Assembly (NCBI GenBank): GCA_026388015.1
Contig: JAPLKO010000047.1
Span: forward strand, 108,424 to 172,423
Length of the DNA stretch: 64,000 nucleotides
Direction: 5' to 3'
Source of the DNA: Candidatus Firestoneibacteriota bacterium
GTDB lineage: Bacteria; Oederibacteriota; D2-FULL-39-29
The translations under genes were made by a program, and so were the position numbers. This document shows positions 58,586 to 64,000 of this stretch, piece after piece (the first letter of the stretch is position 1; each line of letters starts with the position of its first letter). A model generated the notes under the pieces. That model was not told the origin of the DNA. It was given only the letters and a program-made list of their open reading frames with translations, and did no database searches.

Positions 58586-59470
58586 TTATTTACTTTTATT
58601 TTTCGGGGTTATCTTCTTTTCAAGTTCTTCAAGGCCGTCTACAAGACGGGGCCCGGAGCGCAGGAGCAGATCCGGATCCAGATCATCAAATACTTTGTCA
58701 TCCTTTACCGCTTTTATACCGGTCCAGCCGGCTCTCCCGGTTATTTCTTTTTTCATCTTCCCTTTTTTTTCCATATAGGCCGTTATTATAATATCCGGGT
58801 TCCTCTTGATTATTTCTTCCGCGCTGACTTCCGGAAATGTTTTATTTATACTTGAAAATATATTTTCCCCGCCGGCAATCGTAATAAGTTCGTCAATAAA
58901 GGAGCCCTTTCCCGCGGAGGTAACCGGCTGGTTCCAGATTTCAAAATATACTTTAGGATGCTTGCTCTTTTTTGCCTGCTCTTTAACTTTTTCTATCCTT
59001 GCTTTTAAAGAGTTCATCAGTTTTACCGCTTCCGCTTCTTTTCCGGCGGCTTTTCCTGTAAGCAGTACATCGAGAAGCATCTCCTTCAAATCTTTAGGAT
59101 AAAGAGTCATTGTAGGGATGCCCATAGCCGAAAGTTTTAAAGCGAGCTCTTTTTGTACGCCGCCTCCGGCAATAACCAAATCCGGTTTTAACAGAAGAAT
59201 CTTTTCAAGGCTCGGCGCAAAAAAATCTCCGACTTTTTCTTTTTTCCCTGCTTCCGCCGGATAATTACAGATGCTCGAAACACCGACCACTCTGTCACCG
59301 AGACCCAGCATAAAAAGTATTTCGGTATTACTCGGAGCCAGGGATATTATTCTTTTAGGGATTTTAGGGATAACAGCAGATATGCCTACATCATCAACAA
59401 TCGTGACGGGAAAATCCGAAGCAAGCAAAGAAGCAGCAAGAAAAAGAAACATTACGAGTATTTTTATCAT
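58586..59470 (-). CDS. BtuF-like periplasmic cobalamin/siderophore-type substrate-binding protein (class III SBP)
   Basis: Signal peptide. The N-lobe segment KRIISLAPSNTEILFMLGLGDRVVGVS has the BtuF-type I-S-L-S-x-[ST]-E pattern, and the C-lobe has LKPDLVIAGGG. No cognate permease or ATPase gene is adjacent. Confidence 0.65.
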   Translation of the reverse strand: MIKILVMFLFLAASLLASDFPVTIVDDVGISAVIPKIPKRIISLAPSNTEILFMLGLGDRVVGVSSICNYPAEAGKKEKVGDFFAPSLEKILLLKPDLVIAGGGVQKELALKLSAMGIPTMTLYPKDLKEMLLDVLLTGKAAGKEAEAVKLMNSLKARIEKVKEQAKKSKHPKVYFEIWNQPVTSAGKGSFIDELITIAGGENIFSSINKTFPEVSAEEIIKRNPDIIITAYMEKKGKMKKEITGRAGWTGIKAVKDDKVFDDLDPDLLLRSGPRLVDGLEELEKKITPKNKSK

Positions 59471-59554
59471 ATTATATTATACTCCGGCAAGAACTGCTTT
59501 CAAACACAAAAAAACCCCGCCCGCTTTTAACGGACAGGGTTTTTATAGATAAAT

Positions 59555-59806
59555 TTATTTCTGGGCTTCTGCCGCTACTATATTTACTTTATTCCTGGTG
59601 AACTTCACAACGCCGGATATTTTTGCAAAGATAGTATGGTCTTTTCCTTCGCCGGCATTAATGCCCGCAACAAAGGTGGAACCGCGCTGTCTTACAATAA
59701 CACTTCCGCCGGTAACAACTTCACCGCCGAACGCTTTCACGCCCATACGCTGACCCTGACTGTCCCTGCCGTTTCTTGATGTACCGCCTGATTTTTTACT
59801 TGCCAT
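59555..59806 (-). CDS. rpmA: 50S ribosomal protein L27
   Basis: [24 protein letters not shown]. Confidence 0.9.
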   Translation of the reverse strand: MASKKSGGTSRNGRDSQGQRMGVKAFGGEVVTGGSVIVRQRGSTFVAGINAGEGKDHTIFAKISGVVKFTRNKVNIVAAEAQK

Positions 59807-59824
59807 ACTTAAATCTCCTTAAAA

Positions 59825-60136
59825 TTAGAGCTCTATCTTTGTAATTTTTAGCCTTGTATACTGCTGTCTGTGGCCTATCGTCTTCCTGTACTGTTCGGTC
59901 TTTCTGTATCTGAAAACTCTGATTTTGTCGCCTTTCACTTCGCCGATTACTTCGGCAATTACTTTAACATCGTTAAGAACCGGTTTACCGATCTTTACTT
60001 TATCCCCGTCCACGGCCATAAGAACTCTGTCCATAGCGCACTCTTTGCCTGTGGTTGCGACTTTTTCAATATTAAAAACATCGCCTTCTTTAACTTTATA
60101 CTGCCTTGCGCCTGATTCAATTATTACATACTTCAT
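59825..60136 (-). CDS. rplU: 50S ribosomal protein L21
   Basis: MKYVIIESGARQYKVKEGDVFNIEKV. Confidence 0.9.
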   Translation of the reverse strand: MKYVIIESGARQYKVKEGDVFNIEKVATTGKECAMDRVLMAVDGDKVKIGKPVLNDVKVIAEVIGEVKGDKIRVFRYRKTEQYRKTIGHRQQYTRLKITKIEL

Positions 60137-60171
60137 ATATTAAGCTCCTCCTAACTAAAAACGTAGGTCTA

Positions 60172-60200
60172 ATAGTACCAAAAACAAAGGAGATTGTCAA
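60172..60200 (-). promoter_or_regulatory. sigma70 promoter for rplU-rpmA (TTGACA - 17 nt - TACTAT)
   Basis: On the minus strand: TTGACAatctcctttgtttttggTACTAT, about 35 nt upstream of the ATG, with an AGGAGG RBS. Confidence 0.6.
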
Positions 60201-60464
60201 AGATAATTTGAGGTGCAAAACGCAGAAGTGACAGCTATAGGGAATAGCCACGAGATATAGCATGCTACCAATCTCTTTTCTAGCTGACAATACAGAAACA
60301 TTAATAATACAGCCAGTAACTCTAAACGCATTACTATGTAATGGTATTTAACTCATACGAATTGTCGGCATTAAGACATCTATTGTCAGGTAAACTGAAC
60401 TTATTTTACAAACCTGCTACTAAACAAGGAGTAAACAGATACTAATTAAGGGAGGGTTTTTACT

Positions 60465-60980
60465 ATGAAATCCAGGTTGATAGCAGGTGTACTGGCAATA
60501 ATGCTGCCTGCTTTGGCGTTTGGCGGTAACGCGTCTTACGGGGGTTATGCGAAGAAGGAGCGGGGGGATTCCAAGGAAATAACATTCGGAAAAATCGGGT
60601 TCGCGGTAAACGGAGTACTGAGTATGCCGTCCGGAGATATTGCGACTGTTTTAAACGCAACTATCGGGCCGGAGCTCTCTTTAACTTATAGAAATTTTTT
60701 AATTAAGGATTTTCATCTTCAAATGTCAGGTGATTTTATGACGTATACCGGGAAAGTGGATATTACAAATACATTTTCGACCGTTTCAGCGGTGTTATCC
60801 GGCAGGTACGATCTTAAACTGAAAGAAATTCCAGGCACCTTATATCTTAGCGCGGGCGGCGGCGCAGGGTTTGAAACTCTTACCGTAGGCGGTATTGTTC
60901 TTGATAATATTGATCCTCAATACAGAATAGGTGTAGGCTATGAAGCGGCGGCTTTTGATAACTTCACGGTGCGGCTTTGA
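60465..60980 (+). CDS. Small secreted beta-barrel-type outer-membrane protein (OmpW/opacity-like), hypothetical
   Basis: Signal peptide MKSRLIAGVLAIMLPALAFG. 171 aa with alternating amphipathic strands. Confidence 0.45.
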   Translation: MKSRLIAGVLAIMLPALAFGGNASYGGYAKKERGDSKEITFGKIGFAVNGVLSMPSGDIATVLNATIGPELSLTYRNFLIKDFHLQMSGDFMTYTGKVDITNTFSTVSAVLSGRYDLKLKEIPGTLYLSAGGGAGFETLTVGGIVLDNIDPQYRIGVGYEAAAFDNFTVRL

Positions 60981-61226
60981 TATCAAATATGTTGTACTTC
61001 CTCAGAAATATATTGCCGGATCAACAAGAGACGGCTCTTTTATGAATATTTACGCCGGTGTAAATATGGAGTTTGGCGTTGATTCAGATAAAAGAAAAGC
61101 AAGTGAAAGCAGCAGATTGGCAATGATATAAATTTTCTAAACTTTATCTTTCTCCTTTAGCAAAATACCGTCGGCGCTCCCCTCCCGGAGATGTAAAAAA
61201 AGCCGCGGTGTTTTGTTTTCAGAAGC

Positions 61227-62465
61227 TTAGTTACCCATAAATTTATCTATCTCTTCCCTTACTATCTGCACCCAGCGGGGGATTCTTTCAGGCTGATTCT
61301 CCACCGTCGTTATATCTTTAAGCGTTATGTCCACAAAACAGTTCTTGCTCTTTTTCAACCCCTCGGCAATTATCCCGCGTATGCGGGCTTCATCAAAACC
61401 GCAGCTTATGTGCGCCGGGTTCGGACGCCAGGAAAGAACATAATCTTTCTTTATCTGCTCGGCGCATTTTCCCACATCGGCAACAGGGGTAACGGCAATA
61501 CGGCGGAGATTTGGGACTTTTCTAAGCATATCTATCTTTTTTGTCAGATCTTCACAACAGCCATAGGCCGTGAGTCCGTACGGTTTTATTATAGGAAGCT
61601 GATAGTTAAGCATAAACTCTTCATGCATTTCCGGCGAGATTAACGTAAACTCCTGCGCCGCAAAATAACCCCAAAGCTGCGACCTTTTTGCCCCGCCTTT
61701 TTGCGACGGATCGGGAAGCTCTTCAGAATAAGGCATTGACTGATTATTTCCGTTAAAATAGCTCATATCGCCGGCTGCATCGGCCTGATCTTGCCCGGCA
61801 AGAATACCGTCCCGCATAAAAGTAAGAATCTCCCGCAGCCAATCCGGATCCTCATACATCATAATCATTAACTGTTCCATCCCTAAAAACTGCGTTATAT
61901 CCGTAGAAATATCAGCGCGCCATCCCGAAAAAACCGAAGCACGGTTCACTACTACCGGAAGAATATCTCCGACCGCGTCCCGGATGTACTCAAATCTGGC
62001 TTTTGTTTTTTCTTCGTCTATTTTATGTGCGGGTTTAATCATTTTTTTCATATCTTCACGGGTTTTTATCGGCACATCATGGAACATATTCTTCCCGCCC
62101 TCTGCAGACTGCGCAAATCCGGGTTTTATCCCCCAAACAGAGTCCGGAGGCAGAATACGTTCCGCTCCGACCCCTATCCACGGCTCGAAAATAGTATCAT
62201 CGTTAAGAGTGGCAACCCATAAGAACCTCCGCAAACTTTGTTCGATTGTTCTAAATTCTAAATCCTCACACAGCTTTTCCATATTTTTAAACTCTTTTTC
62301 TCCCGCATTCCCCCCGGCACTGACAGAAACAAGAGGTCTTGTAGGTTTTAAAGAGTTATGCGCCTTCCAGAGTTTACGGAGCTCCTGCTGACCCGGTCTT
62401 TCACAGCACTCTTTATACTGCTTTGCCAGGTCCCGGAGTATCAATATATCTTTCTGAGATGCCAT
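61227..62465 (-). CDS. URO-D-like superfamily protein (412 aa), paralog of 57253..58494
   Basis: QELRKLWKAHNSLKPTRPLVSV N-terminal motif. MHEEFMLNYQLPIIKPYGLTAYGCCEDL core. LRRIAVTPVADV matches LRRFHISPWSDV in the paralog. Confidence 0.45.
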   Translation of the reverse strand: MASQKDILILRDLAKQYKECCERPGQQELRKLWKAHNSLKPTRPLVSVSAGGNAGEKEFKNMEKLCEDLEFRTIEQSLRRFLWVATLNDDTIFEPWIGVGAERILPPDSVWGIKPGFAQSAEGGKNMFHDVPIKTREDMKKMIKPAHKIDEEKTKARFEYIRDAVGDILPVVVNRASVFSGWRADISTDITQFLGMEQLMIMMYEDPDWLREILTFMRDGILAGQDQADAAGDMSYFNGNNQSMPYSEELPDPSQKGGAKRSQLWGYFAAQEFTLISPEMHEEFMLNYQLPIIKPYGLTAYGCCEDLTKKIDMLRKVPNLRRIAVTPVADVGKCAEQIKKDYVLSWRPNPAHISCGFDEARIRGIIAEGLKKSKNCFVDITLKDITTVENQPERIPRWVQIVREEIDKFMGN

Positions 62466-62494
62466 AAATTTTCCCGTGGATTCATATGCTTTGC

Positions 62495-63982
62495 TTACTT
62501 GTACTCTACCGCAATATTTTCATACTTAGAGATATCTTTCCAGTTAATCGTAACTTTCTTTATCCATTTTGCATGTTTGGTTATATTAATTATCGCTTTT
62601 AACTCTTCAAGAGGAATCGTTTCCATTTCTATATTAAATATTGCGGTCTTTTCATCATAAGAACATCTGAAAATCTTGTACCAGGTGTTAGTTTTTATGT
62701 AATTTAACATCGGGCTTCCCGGCCAGCTAGAAAGTTGGATTTCTATTTTATACTGCTGTTCCCCTTTAGGAATGTAGATAATTCTTGAGCATACAGACTG
62801 TCCGTTGACCAGTATTTTATCAATCGATTTGCCGGTGTTTTTGTACATAATATCCAGCAGGTTTCCTTTATATTTGAAGTTATAAATATCCCTGTACTTA
62901 TACATATCAAGAGGCTGTATATAAAGATTCCCTCTTGTAAAATCAATACCGCAGTTTTTGAAATATTTATCCGTAAAAGAATACACTTCCGAGAGGGGCC
63001 TGTCGACATTGTATTGTGTAAAAGGCAGTTGTTTTTCATAAAGAGCAGGCACGCTTCCTTTAATATCGTATTTTACAAGATTATCCAGTATAAAATATAT
63101 CTCGGGATATTTGAGCTCGGGAAGATAAAATAGTTTTTTCACTTCTGCTTCTATAAGGCTTTTGTCTTCTCCCTGCAGTATCATATTTAATACTTTCTGT
63201 TCGTCTTTTAGATCTTCAGGTATTTTTACGGGAGGATAGGTGGCATTCTTACCGATAATCGATCCTGCCCAGTCAAGGGTCCTTTGGTTGTAAAGTTCCA
63301 GCACCTCGTTTTCCATCTTCGGATAATTATCCCCATTAGCCACTGCGGTTTCAAGATATTCTGTATCACCCGTAAATTCATAGGCTTTCCAGTAAATCCA
63401 CGGCCATAGTTTTTTATCCAGTATTTTACCGAGTCTTTCTTCGAAAACATACCTGAGGGAAAAGTCGGCGATATCAGTCCTACTGTAGCCGTTTAGAAGC
63501 ATATAAACAGCCTGATAAAATTTTCTTGTGGACACGTCCGTAGTATAAACCCTGACAATATTCGACAGCAATTTATTGTAAAATATTTCTTTTTCCCTGG
63601 AAACCTCGATAACATTTTTTCCTGCCGCTGCAAAGGAAGCTTTGGCGGCCGTGCGGAAATCATTTCCGTAGCCGACTCCGATAACAAAAGATACCGTAGT
63701 CTCCGGTAAGATATTCAGCCTTGCCATTATTCTGTATCTGCCGTTTTCAACCAGATAAGATATTTCTTCAACAGTATCTTTATCGAAAAATATTCCCAGC
63801 GCGGAAGAGGCTGTCTTAAACTGATTTGTAACTGTAACAGCTTTTTTCGTTAAATACTCTTCTTGTAGAATAGATGTTCCCCTGGCGTAAAATATTATCT
63901 CCGGCTTCCACGTCTTTTTTCCCGCATTTGAGAGAACCAAGGAACTGACAGAGGCTTCGGGACTCACAAAAGCGGTGACCAT
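62495..63982 (-). CDS. Large hypothetical protein (495 aa), Tyr/Lys-rich, no recognisable motif
   Basis: Long ORF in the same orientation, 30 nt downstream of the URO-D-like paralog. Its start is near the window edge and may be incomplete. Confidence 0.4.
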   Translation of the reverse strand: MVTAFVSPEASVSSLVLSNAGKKTWKPEIIFYARGTSILQEEYLTKKAVTVTNQFKTASSALGIFFDKDTVEEISYLVENGRYRIMARLNILPETTVSFVIGVGYGNDFRTAAKASFAAAGKNVIEVSREKEIFYNKLLSNIVRVYTTDVSTRKFYQAVYMLLNGYSRTDIADFSLRYVFEERLGKILDKKLWPWIYWKAYEFTGDTEYLETAVANGDNYPKMENEVLELYNQRTLDWAGSIIGKNATYPPVKIPEDLKDEQKVLNMILQGEDKSLIEAEVKKLFYLPELKYPEIYFILDNLVKYDIKGSVPALYEKQLPFTQYNVDRPLSEVYSFTDKYFKNCGIDFTRGNLYIQPLDMYKYRDIYNFKYKGNLLDIMYKNTGKSIDKILVNGQSVCSRIIYIPKGEQQYKIEIQLSSWPGSPMLNYIKTNTWYKIFRCSYDEKTAIFNIEMETIPLEELKAIINITKHAKWIKKVTINWKDISKYENIAVEYK

Positions 63983-64000
63983 TTTTATTTTATTTTCTTC

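Overview
This is an AT-rich (roughly 40% GC), gene-dense chromosomal segment from a probable diderm anaerobe, and most genes lie on the minus strand. I found no transposases, integrases, CRISPR arrays or rRNA. Recognisable housekeeping genes include radA, an mlaEFD lipid-transport cluster, yraN-rnhB-rplS-trmD-rpsP without rimM, tgt, dgt, dedA, gltX, two tandem cold-shock genes, an SPFH/NfeD pair, queC-recO, ppdK, pyrR-pyrB-pyrC with a complete PyrR attenuator, priA-udg-rpoZ-gmk-yicC, a nuoJKLMN membrane-arm cluster, rplU-rpmA and one tRNA-Gln(UUG). Accessory-looking content includes a sulfatase / SDR / split transketolase / CoA-acylating aldehyde dehydrogenase / OFA-type MFS module, and three paralogous URO-D-superfamily proteins clustered with a lone BtuF-like cobalamin-type binding protein and an SGNH hydrolase. 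There is also a His-rich membrane-anchored protein isolated between long non-coding stretches, an MFS transporter broken by a homopolymer frameshift, a 120-bp duplication of the rmuC promoter and 5' end placed upstream of the nuo cluster, and a 44-bp hairpin-containing leader motif shared by mlaD and ppdK. All calls rest on reading the supplied ORF translations and the nucleotide sequence by eye; no database search was run.
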